Virus record (IMG/VR): IMGVR_UViG_3300033067_000103
Span: 1-25,380 of that record
DNA from: a virus
Lineage: Duplodnaviria > Caudoviricetes
Strand: one strand, 5' to 3'
Length of the DNA stretch: 25,380 nucleotides
The notes below the pieces were generated by a model. The model had not been told where the DNA came from. It saw only the letters and a program-made list of their open reading frames with translations, and did no database searches. Every line of letters starts with the position of its first letter. Positions within the stretch are counted from its first letter, which is position 1. A program made the translations under genes and the position numbers. Positions 18,994 through 25,380 of this stretch are shown here, piece by piece.

Positions 18994-19441
18994 TGGCTGC
19001 ATTCTCCTTGGCCATCAGCGCGTACTCGGCCGCGCAATGCGCCATCAGATTCGTGAAATAGGGCAGACCGACATTGGCCGCGCCGTCAGCGAACGCCATC
19101 GCAAGCGCGACGCGCATTCCGTCAGCATGTCCCCCGGCGTCTGCCATACGTCCCCGAAAGATCCCCGTCGCCCCCAGCAAACGCCACATCTGGCGCCGCC
19201 CGGCCTCGCTCGACATCTGCCACTTCAGGTCGTCCACCTCGCTTGCGGCTTTGGCTTTCGACTTTCGCGACCGACGCCCAACCGAGGCGCTGTCACCAGC
19301 GTTATAATGTAACGCTTCGGTTTGCGCTAGTGGTTGTGTGTCGGAAGCCTCGGCACGCAATTTCTCGGCTTCGGTGTGTTCGCAAACACCCTCGCCGCAG
19401 ATCGGACACGACACGCCGTCGGTTAGAACCCGAGCAGCCAT
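18986..19441 (-). CDS. Bbp19-like protein with Cys/His-containing N-terminal extension
   Basis: DDLKWQMSSEAGRR.MWRLL...GIFR...MAFADG..NVGL...HC...Y..M.KE; lies between portal and scaffold. Start uncertain. Confidence 0.75.
   Translation of the reverse strand: MAARVLTDGVSCPICGEGVCEHTEAEKLRAEASDTQPLAQTEALHYNAGDSASVGRRSRKSKAKAASEVDDLKWQMSSEAGRRQMWRLLGATGIFRGRMADAGGHADGMRVALAMAFADGAANVGLPYFTNLMAHCAAEYALMAKENAANG
19299..19315. promoter_or_regulatory. Palindromic motif copy 4 (GCGTTATAATGTAACGC)
   Basis: Perfect 7-bp inverted repeat AGCGTTA-N5-TAACGCT (19298-19316), about 300 nt upstream of the scaffold/capsid genes; imposes a TTA Leu codon in a high-GC gene. Confidence 0.72.
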
Positions 19442-19599
19442 TTGATCCTCTGCCAGAGCGTCTTGGGCTGCGGCATCGGCGCTGACTGCTCAGCCTCATC
19501 CAGCGCGAACTCCTCCTCCAGCGTGCCGCCGCGGATCACGCCTTGCGCGAACCGGCCAAAGCGCGTCGAAGGATCAATGTCGTATTCTGGATCGCTCAT
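19423..19599 (-). CDS. Small hypothetical protein, 58 aa (MSDPEYDIDP...TLWQRIKWLLGF)
   Basis: Hand-translated; ATGA overlap with the portal stop and fills the gap to the next gene. Confidence 0.6.
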   Translation of the reverse strand: MSDPEYDIDPSTRFGRFAQGVIRGGTLEEEFALDEAEQSAPMPQPKTLWQRIKWLLGF

Positions 19600-21323
19600 C
19601 GGCCAAGGATCTGCTGAAGCGCGTTCTGCCCGGCGCCGGTCTGCGTCTCGCTCAGCACCTTGCCCGCGTTCGCCGCTTCCGTGCCAGCCTGGAGCGCCAT
19701 CTGCGCGTTCTTTTGCTGCGCCGCCTGCGCTCGCATCACAGCCACGTCGTCGTCGCTGCGCAGGATCTTCGGGCTCACGCCCAGCGCGTCGGCGTATTCG
19801 TTGATCGCCTCATCGGAATTGATCTTGTCGATCGCGCCCGGCACCACCGGCACAATGTTGCCGACAAACCCGAGCAGCCGCTCGATGCCCGTGGTCGCCG
19901 TCGCCTTCTGCGCTTGCGCCAGAACCGACACGAAATCCACCTTCAGCGCCTTGCCCTGAAGCGATGGCGGGATCGGCTGCGGCAGCATCTTGTTGCGCAC
20001 CATGATGCCGTAGAGCCGCATCACCGCGACCGTCAGCACCTCGCCATTCTCGCGCTCCAGCGCCGGGCCGAGCATCAGCATCTTTTCGTTGTTGCGGATC
20101 GCGATGTCCGTCGCGCTATGCACCTTGTCGATCTGCGAAATCGGAAGGAACAGGTCGTAGAAGAACGCATCCCGGATGCGCTTTTTCACTTCCTCCAGGT
20201 CGGCCGTGATCGCCTGCAAGCCCTGCGGATGCACCTCGTAGGCGGGCTTGAAGCCGATGCCGTTCGGGTTGGCGATATACGTCACGCCGCCGGGGATCGA
20301 AGTCGCCGGCTCATTCTTGAGCGACGGGTCCGCCACCATCGGCGGATTGACCAGCTTATCGACGAGCTGCGCCTTGCGCTTTGTCTCGACCTGAAGCTGC
20401 AACACGTCGCCGATCGCGTCGTGCCCACAGCCGCGGCCATAGGGATCGTTGCCGGTCACGTTCCAGCGTGCGCCGACAAACGGCTTGTCGCTGAAGCCCT
20501 TGCGGCGCAGGAAGCGTCCGGCCGCCCGGCCATACTCCCAGTAGTATTCGACCCACGGCATCCCGTCGGCGCCGAGCTTGCCCAACACCTGCTGCGCGTT
20601 CGGGCACACGAGATGGGCCACCATGAACTCGGTGTCCCAGTTGTTGTCCTTGTAGAGCCGCTGCACCTCATCGGAGCAGTTCTCGACGCCGAACTCACCG
20701 ACCATCTGCTCGACGGTCCAGCTCGACTTGCGCGCCAGGGTATCGACCTCCAGCCGCTCGTTCACCGCCATGTAATACTGGCCGATGGCGAACGGGTAGC
20801 AGCGGATGATGTCGTCGTAGTCCTCGTACATCATCATGGCACCGGTCCCGAACACCCCGAGATCGGTGCAGAGATCGCCCATGCAGACGTAGAAATTCGA
20901 CCCGGCGAAAATGGCGTACATCCGCTTGGTCAGGTCATGCAGCCAGATCTGCTCCGGGCTGCCGTCGGCGAACTTCTGATTGAAGATGCCGAGCGCAAAC
21001 CATGGCCGCGCTGGCGACACCATGCCCGCCATCAGTCCGGCGCCGAAGCGGTCGGCCGCAATGGTCGCCGTGTTGTCGAGGATGCGGTTGTTCTTTTGGC
21101 GTCCGCGCGTGCCCTCGTTCGGGCTCTCCAGAAAGCGCGACGCACGCGGCAGGATGTTGTTGGCGATGGTCACCCACTCGGTCCACCACGACCAGCGCAC
21201 CGTTTCGAGCAGCGTCATGCGCAGGTCGAGCTTGCGGCGCAGGTCCACATCCGACTGCGGAACGTCCGCTTCCGATGTCGTCTCCTTGACCGCGACCGCC
21301 CTTGCCCCCCGGCGCTGCGCCAT
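19596..21323 (-). CDS. Portal (head-to-tail connector), T7 gp8/BPP-1 type, 575 aa
   Basis: ILDNTA..A...GAGLMAGMVSPARPWF, SNFY.....L..FGTG, ARW.V.G.D.YGRG.G.DA.GD...LQ, R.AFF.DLF and SAT.I..R..EK..MLGP.LER. Confidence 0.95.
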   Translation of the reverse strand: MAQRRGARAVAVKETTSEADVPQSDVDLRRKLDLRMTLLETVRWSWWTEWVTIANNILPRASRFLESPNEGTRGRQKNNRILDNTATIAADRFGAGLMAGMVSPARPWFALGIFNQKFADGSPEQIWLHDLTKRMYAIFAGSNFYVCMGDLCTDLGVFGTGAMMMYEDYDDIIRCYPFAIGQYYMAVNERLEVDTLARKSSWTVEQMVGEFGVENCSDEVQRLYKDNNWDTEFMVAHLVCPNAQQVLGKLGADGMPWVEYYWEYGRAAGRFLRRKGFSDKPFVGARWNVTGNDPYGRGCGHDAIGDVLQLQVETKRKAQLVDKLVNPPMVADPSLKNEPATSIPGGVTYIANPNGIGFKPAYEVHPQGLQAITADLEEVKKRIRDAFFYDLFLPISQIDKVHSATDIAIRNNEKMLMLGPALERENGEVLTVAVMRLYGIMVRNKMLPQPIPPSLQGKALKVDFVSVLAQAQKATATTGIERLLGFVGNIVPVVPGAIDKINSDEAINEYADALGVSPKILRSDDDVAVMRAQAAQQKNAQMALQAGTEAANAGKVLSETQTGAGQNALQQILGR

Positions 21324-21324
21324 G

Positions 21325-21600
21325 TCAGCCCTCGTGCGTCAGCGGATCGTAGTCGGCCACCATCCGGCCAGCCTCATCGCGCGGCTGATAGGGCACATGC
21401 GACACCTTTGCCTCGCTGCCCGGCCCAGTGAACAGTCCGCGGTGCGCGTGCCGTGCCGCCGTCAGCCACGACTCGCCGTCGTCCTGCGACTGGAACGAGA
21501 GCGCGGCCGAGCGCAACGGCGTCCACCCGGCCTGGCCGAGATAGAGCGGCTGCTGCCCGACTTGCGCGTTCTGGATCACAAAGGGAGGGAGTGCGCTCAT
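21325..21600 (-). CDS. Hypothetical protein, 91 aa, ending DYDPLTHEG
   Basis: ATGA overlap with the upstream gene; stop 1 nt before the portal ATG. Confidence 0.65.
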   Translation of the reverse strand: MSALPPFVIQNAQVGQQPLYLGQAGWTPLRSAALSFQSQDDGESWLTAARHAHRGLFTGPGSEAKVSHVPYQPRDEAGRMVADYDPLTHEG

Positions 21601-21824
21601 CCGCCGAGCGTCATCTTCGCGGACGTGCTGGCAGGCGTCACAAGGCCCGCCGCGCCACCCGAATTGACGATCGCGCCCATGTCGGAGCCGATGTTCTTGA
21701 TGCGCTTGCGATAGTCGGCACCCGCCTGCTGGATGCCCGAGTCAGGCAGGGTCGGCGGAGGAGGGGGCGGTGGCGGCACGGGCGGCGGGTTTACGGCCTG
21801 CGCCTTCCGCGCTCCAAAGCACAT
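21597..21824 (-). CDS. Small Pro-rich virion protein (T7 gp7.3 position), 75 aa
   Basis: MC- start, poly-Pro run and C-terminal K.TLGG, typical of the small gene preceding podovirus portals. Confidence 0.75.
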   Translation of the reverse strand: MCFGARKAQAVNPPPVPPPPPPPPTLPDSGIQQAGADYRKRIKNIGSDMGAIVNSGGAAGLVTPASTSAKMTLGG

Positions 21825-21836
21825 CGTCCTGCCCCC

Positions 21837-21853
21837 GTGTTACAACATAACGC
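21837..21853. promoter_or_regulatory. Palindromic motif copy 5 (GTGTTACAACATAACGC)
   Basis: Intergenic, 12 nt upstream of ATG 21824 at the head of the portal-capsid genes. Confidence 0.75.
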
Positions 21854-21928
21854 TCCCGCCTCTATACCGCGCTTGCGCCGAAGCGGCAATGGGAGCATGT
21901 TGAGCGCCTTGTGGCTAAGCGCATCCTT

Positions 21929-21955
21929 GCCCCGGCATTCGTGCCGGGGTTTTTT
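21929..21955 (+). terminator. Intrinsic terminator with plus-strand polarity
   Basis: GCCCCGGCA-TTCG-TGCCGGGGT stem-loop with a T6 run (21950-21955) on +; no U-tract follows the stem on the minus strand. Confidence 0.8.
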
Positions 21956-22685
21956 AATTCGCCGTCAACGGGTCATAGTCGCCGACATCGGCGCGCGCAC
22001 CAACAGCGCCGGCGGGCTTGGTCATCATCAGCGGGATGCCGGACACGCAGAGATATTTTGTGCTGTCCATTAAATGGTCAGCCTTCTTGACGATGTTGCC
22101 CTTCTCGTCGCGGTGATAGACGCGAAACTCCGACCACCAGTTCACCAAGGTCGAAAACACCTTCAGCCGCCCGCTGCCCATCCGCGACCACACCTCATAG
22201 ATGCCAGCCTCGACAGCGTTCACCGCAGGCGTCACCGTCAGCCCGAGATCGCGGTACACCTGAAGCAGTTGCTCACCGTCCTTCTGGCCGCGACCGCGCG
22301 CCGCCGGGTCGATCACCCCGTGCATCCACCCGCCGCGGCGCCGGATCGCATCGGCGACAAACACCGGCTCGCGCTGCTTGGCGTACACCTCCTCATACAG
22401 ATAGAGCGTGTCCGTCTCCCGGTCGTGCGCACCGAACAGGCCGGCCGTCACGTTCCAGCCCACGTCCAGCGCATAGCCGCGCGGCCAGTAAACCGGGATC
22501 TTGAACGGCTCGACTCGAAGGTCCGATTCCGGCACCGCGTAGATCGCGCCGGCGCCCAGCGTCGGAATGCCCTTCGACCGCGCATCCCGCTGATATTCCG
22601 GGATGCCCTCCAGCAGGTCTTTCTTGTCCGCTTCCGTGAGGTGGGGAACATCGTCCCAGCTCGCCATCACGAGCGCCTTGGTCAT
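21954..22685 (-). CDS. terL: Terminase large subunit, C-terminal part (end of ATPase region plus RNase H-like nuclease), 243 aa
   Basis: MTKALVMASWDDVPHL...RDARSKGIP.LG.G.IY, ALDVGW, IDPA and DHLMDS.KY; P22 gp2-like. Start set at ATG 22685 (ATGA overlap with the micro-ORF). Confidence 0.9.
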   Translation of the reverse strand: MTKALVMASWDDVPHLTEADKKDLLEGIPEYQRDARSKGIPTLGAGAIYAVPESDLRVEPFKIPVYWPRGYALDVGWNVTAGLFGAHDRETDTLYLYEEVYAKQREPVFVADAIRRRGGWMHGVIDPAARGRGQKDGEQLLQVYRDLGLTVTPAVNAVEAGIYEVWSRMGSGRLKVFSTLVNWWSEFRVYHRDEKGNIVKKADHLMDSTKYLCVSGIPLMMTKPAGAVGARADVGDYDPLTAN

Positions 22686-22771
22686 TTCCAAAACCTCGTC
22701 AGAATGCTCGCCAGCCCCATCGCAGCCGCCACGCCGCCAAAGTACCAGGCCATATGCCCCCAAATGCTCAT
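22682..22771 (-). CDS. 29-aa hydrophobic micro-protein (MSIWGHMAWYFGGVAAAMGLASILTRFWK)
   Basis: Hand-translated; G-rich SD (GGGGGATAGG), one TM-like segment with basic C-terminus, ATGA overlap with terL-C. Confidence 0.6.
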   Translation of the reverse strand: MSIWGHMAWYFGGVAAAMGLASILTRFWK

Positions 22772-22773
22772 CC

Positions 22774-22817
22774 GCCTATCCCCCTAGGGATAATACTTAC
22801 CCCAAAATCGGATAGGC
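22774..22817. promoter_or_regulatory. Hairpin between the terL halves overlapping the micro-ORF SD
   Basis: Outer arms GCCTATCC/GGATAGGC (8 bp) with inner stem GGGGUAA-GUA-UUAUCCC in the minus-strand RNA. Confidence 0.55.
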
Positions 22818-22843
22818 TGCTGCTTCCGTATGGTTACGCACGC

Positions 22844-23650
22844 TCACTCAATGTCCGGGTCGAACGCCAGCCGCTCGTCCGCCATGGCGCTGCCGTCCCC
22901 CATGAACGACTTGACCACGTTGCTGAGGCCCGCCATCGGCGTGAACAGAACCATCACGATCCCGCCCGTCGTCATCGTGCGGACCAGGCACTCCGAATAG
23001 ACATCCTCCGGCGGCTCCTCATCCAGCAGCACCATCTCCTGCTCGGTGCCCTCGAAACTGCCGCGGCCCATCTCGTAGCTCTTAAACCCGACCTTCGACC
23101 AGCCGTCGAAATTCCCCTTTGCGTCAAAATGCCGCACCCTCGCCCGGTCGATCAGGTCGATGCCGCGCCGCCAGGTAATCGCACCGATCATCCGCTTCGG
23201 CACCATGCCCATGCCGTCCATGGACTTCGTGCCGTTCGGATTGGAGATGATCTCGCCAAACAGCCCGGTCAGCAGGATGTCGCGCGTCGTCGTCGTGTCC
23301 TTGCCCGCCACCCACGCACGGATCGGCTTGTCGAAGCGCCGCCCCTCCCACCAGTCCGGATAGCAGCCGGTCAGGTGCGCCGTCGCCTCGAACATGCCGC
23401 CCTGACTCTTGCCGACGCGGTTGCCGGCCATGAACAGGCGCTCGCGGTGAATGGCGCCGAGGCGGAAAAACTGGACGTGCTTGGGATACAGCTCGCGGCG
23501 GAACGGACCCTCATTAGGAAACATCCCGTAGAACTTGTTTTCCCGGTTGCTCTGCGCGACCGCCTCCAGCGCCTTCAGGTACTCGGCCGCCTCGTTTGGC
23601 TTCAGCCGCGCGACAACCTCATCCGGCAGGACCGGCGCCTTGAGCAGCAT
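22844..23650 (-). CDS. terL: Terminase large subunit, N-terminal ATPase part, 268 aa
   Basis: YPKH motif, Walker A FMAGNRVGKS, HLTG.YPDWWEGRRF, Walker B VLLDEEP, coupling motif LFTP; P22 gp2-like. Confidence 0.93.
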   Translation of the reverse strand: MLLKAPVLPDEVVARLKPNEAAEYLKALEAVAQSNRENKFYGMFPNEGPFRRELYPKHVQFFRLGAIHRERLFMAGNRVGKSQGGMFEATAHLTGCYPDWWEGRRFDKPIRAWVAGKDTTTTRDILLTGLFGEIISNPNGTKSMDGMGMVPKRMIGAITWRRGIDLIDRARVRHFDAKGNFDGWSKVGFKSYEMGRGSFEGTEQEMVLLDEEPPEDVYSECLVRTMTTGGIVMVLFTPMAGLSNVVKSFMGDGSAMADERLAFDPDIE

Positions 23651-23763
23651 CAGTCCAGCCAGAACAGCACGGTCTTAACCACCAGCACCGCTGCCGCCAT
23701 CGTCGCCAGAAGCGACACGCAGAACAGCGCCAGCCACGCCGCGAACGGCTTGTCCCCCTCCAT
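23650..23763 (-). CDS. 37-aa single-TM micro-protein (MEGDKPFAAWLALFCVSLLATMAAAVLVVKTVLFWLD)
   Basis: GAGGGGG SD before ATG 23763; TGATG overlap with terL-N. Confidence 0.6.
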   Translation of the reverse strand: MEGDKPFAAWLALFCVSLLATMAAAVLVVKTVLFWLD

Positions 23764-23774
23764 CGCACGCCCCC

Positions 23775-23864
23775 TCACCACTTCATCCCCTTCGACCCCA
23801 CCACGATAAGCCCAAAGATCGCCAGTGTCGCGAGGACGTGCAGGTAGAAGGATGCGGCGGTCAT
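23775..23864 (-). CDS. 29-aa single-TM micro-protein (MTAASFYLHVLATLAIFGLIVVGSKGMKW)
   Basis: ATGA overlap with the upstream gene; hydrophobic core. Confidence 0.55.
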   Translation of the reverse strand: MTAASFYLHVLATLAIFGLIVVGSKGMKW

Positions 23865-24313
23865 GTCTTGAACCCCACTTCGCCGAGCCGCCATTCCTTG
23901 CCGTCCCATTCGGCCAGCACAGGATCGCCAAAATCGCGTGTTGCAAAAATCATGATGCTGGTCCGGCTTGCGAGCCACATATGCATCGGCTTCAGGCCGT
24001 CGGGCAATTTCGTGATGGGCTCGGCGTCCGCTCGCCGCGGGTATGAAACGCGAGGATCTGCGCCAGGCTGCATCAGCTCTGCCAGCTTCATCGCCGGCGC
24101 CCGCTTCGGCCCCGGCTCCGCGCCAACCCGGATCAGCCACTCCTCCGGCCCATAGCTCTCCCACCAGTGCCGCGCCTGCGACACGTTGGCAGCGTCGATG
24201 TAATTGTCCGACACCGGCTCGCCCGCCGTGTTGAAGTCGTGCCGCAGGTCAGGACGACTCTTTACGAAATCCATCCACTCCGCTTGACTCACCGCGCGCC
24301 ATTCGTCGCTCAT
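23861..24313 (-). CDS. Hypothetical protein, 150 aa
   Basis: ATGA overlaps at both ends; no recognisable motif. Confidence 0.65.
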   Translation of the reverse strand: MSDEWRAVSQAEWMDFVKSRPDLRHDFNTAGEPVSDNYIDAANVSQARHWWESYGPEEWLIRVGAEPGPKRAPAMKLAELMQPGADPRVSYPRRADAEPITKLPDGLKPMHMWLASRTSIMIFATRDFGDPVLAEWDGKEWRLGEVGFKT

Positions 24314-24516
24314 CCCTTCAGCCCCACCGTCATCCGCCCGATCACCACACCAGCCTCACGCAGCGCACCGGCCAGCTTCTCCACCGTCGCATCGTCCACG
24401 CTCTCGCCGCCCTCGTAGCGGTCGATCGTCTTGCTCGACACGCCAGCGGCCTCAGCCAGCCGCGGGCGCGACCAGTCGAGCAGCGCGCGGCCGGCGCGGC
24501 ACTGGACGGGCGTCAT
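24310..24516 (-). CDS. XRE-family helix-turn-helix regulator, 68 aa
   Basis: MTPVQCRAGRALLDWSRPRLAEAAGVSSKTIDRYEGG...L..AL.EAGV, a pattern common in alphaproteobacteria. Start at ATG 24516 (ATGA overlap), not the track's 24837. Confidence 0.88.
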   Translation of the reverse strand: MTPVQCRAGRALLDWSRPRLAEAAGVSSKTIDRYEGGESVDDATVEKLAGALREAGVVIGRMTVGLKG

Positions 24517-24689
24517 GGCCACAGCAACCCAACCGCTACCAAGATGCTGCACACAACCGAAATGGCCTGCAAAATAATCACCGCCTTCCACGATATCCGG
24601 CGCCTGCGTTCGCGAGCCGCCATCTGGCTGAAAAATTCCGCATCCATCTCCGCTTCGATGCGGCGGCGCTCGTCTGCCCAGTCGCTCAC
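24513..24689 (-). CDS. 58-aa protein with C-terminal TM helix (MSDWADERRR...AVIILQAISVVCSILVAVGLLWP)
   Basis: Hand-translated from GTG 24689; ATGA overlap with the XRE gene. Confidence 0.55.
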   Translation of the reverse strand: MSDWADERRRIEAEMDAEFFSQMAARERRRRISWKAVIILQAISVVCSILVAVGLLWP

Positions 24690-24707
24690 GGACGGCCTCG
24701 CCCTGCC

Positions 24708-24860
24708 CTAGCCATGGCAGGGGCTCTTTTCTGGCCACGAGTTCACCACGATCCAGAACCCGCCCGCCGTCCAGAAGCCTTGGTCCCATTCGCCAATGTG
24801 CATCGCCCTCGTGGCGAACATCACAGCGGCCGCACAAAGCGACCCGACGATAAACTTCAT
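24708..24860 (-). CDS. 50-aa hydrophobic protein (MKFIVGSLCAAAVMFATRAMHIGEWDQGFWTAGGFWIVVNSW...)
   Basis: Hand-translated; GGGGG SD and ATGA overlap with the upstream gene. Confidence 0.5.
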   Translation of the reverse strand: MKFIVGSLCAAAVMFATRAMHIGEWDQGFWTAGGFWIVVNSWPEKSPCHG

Positions 24861-25201
24861 TCCCCCGCCCTCCCCGGACGATCCGAGTCTTCGGCGAATT
24901 GGCCTTCTACCATCTCGACCGTGCCGACCAGCACATACGGCTCACGCAAGGACCGTTCGGCCATCGGCACCCAATGCTTGTTGTCGCCCGACCGATACAG
25001 CCACACCTTCACCCGCGCCGGCTCGCGCCACTCGGAGACAAGCGTCAGCTCGTCGCCATTGCGGGGCGAATAGGCTTCGCATTCGACCCAAACCTGAGCC
25101 GCCCCGTCATGCCAGCCAAAGGCGAGGCCATTTCCGAGCGCGTCGATCTTGACCTTCCACCCCTCCCGCGTCCGGTAGTGCTTTCCAGCTTCAATCTTCA
25201 T
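24857..25201 (-). CDS. Phage hypothetical protein, 114 aa
   Basis: MKIEAGKHYRTREG.KV...LVSEW.EP pattern resembling small phage hypothetical proteins; ATGA overlap downstream. Confidence 0.7.
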   Translation of the reverse strand: MKIEAGKHYRTREGWKVKIDALGNGLAFGWHDGAAQVWVECEAYSPRNGDELTLVSEWREPARVKVWLYRSGDNKHWVPMAERSLREPYVLVGTVEMVEGQFAEDSDRPGRAGE

Positions 25202-25380
25202 GGCTGATGAACTCCATGGCGGCCAGGACCTCGTTCGTCGAACTCAGCAGCTTCAGCCACGTTGTATCCGGCAACGCCGTCATCACCGCCGTCCACATCG
25301 GATACCTCACGCTCCAGCCGATACACCCGAAGCCGGCGCCGGATCTCATCCAGCCCATTCCATACCGCCGCCTCACTCGA
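25198..25380 (-). CDS. 3' end of a hypothetical gene entering from outside the window (frame uncertain)
   Basis: Open frame SSEAAVWNGLDEIRRRLR...HQP* ends in an ATGA overlap with ATG 25201; an alternative frame (25191..25376) is also open. Confidence 0.35.
   Translation of the reverse strand, partial: SSEAAVWNGLDEIRRRLRVYRLEREVSDVDGGDDGVAGYNVAEAAEFDERGPGRHGVHQP

Noticed and set aside
22686-22843. Group I/II intron or intein interrupting terL
   Set aside because: The gap is only 158 nt, with no recognisable intron core, homing endonuclease or intein motifs, and most of it is explained by a hairpin plus micro-ORF.
22766-22883. Imperfect 11-nt direct repeat (GGCGGACGAGC / GGCGGATGAGC on minus) whose collapse would fuse the terL halves in frame
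   Set aside because: A 10/11 match is plausible by chance in GC-rich DNA, and the fused linker would be long and unlike terminase sequence.
24517-24837. N-terminal extension of the 175-aa ORF in the track
   Set aside because: The XRE domain begins at ATG 24516; the upstream DNA is better explained by two small coupled ORFs in other frames.
1-25380. Diversity-generating retroelement (prompted by BPP-1-like genes), CRISPR array, tRNA, integrase or IS
   Set aside because: No reverse transcriptase, TR/VR pair, regularly spaced repeats, cloverleaf or recombinase/transposase motifs were seen in this window.

Overview
GC-rich phage DNA (about two-thirds GC by eye; host probably an alphaproteobacterium). 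It holds a near-complete podovirus packaging and morphogenesis module of T7/BPP-1-type gene order, all on the minus strand. In transcription order (right to left): small hypothetical and membrane ORFs plus an XRE HTH regulator; a P22-type large terminase split into two genes; gp7.3-like protein; portal; Bbp19-like protein; scaffold; major capsid; cement and decoration genes; tail tubular proteins A and B; a GNAT-like protein; three ejection proteins; and a T7-type-anchored tailspike running off the left edge. The long plus-strand ORFs are antisense shadows. Most notable observations: (1) TerL is split inside its ATPase region, with a hairpin and a 29-aa membrane micro-ORF coupled to the second half; (2) five copies of a 17-bp AT-rich palindrome, GYGTTA-N5-TAACRC, lie across the late genes; (3) a plus-strand terminator and candidate ~80-nt antisense RNA lie next to one palindrome; (4) a parS-like palindrome and an ADP-ribosyltransferase-like insert lie in the 1661-aa ejection-protein gene; (5) the tailspike appears to have two tandem beta-helix domains. 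All family assignments come from motif recognition and gene order, not database searches.
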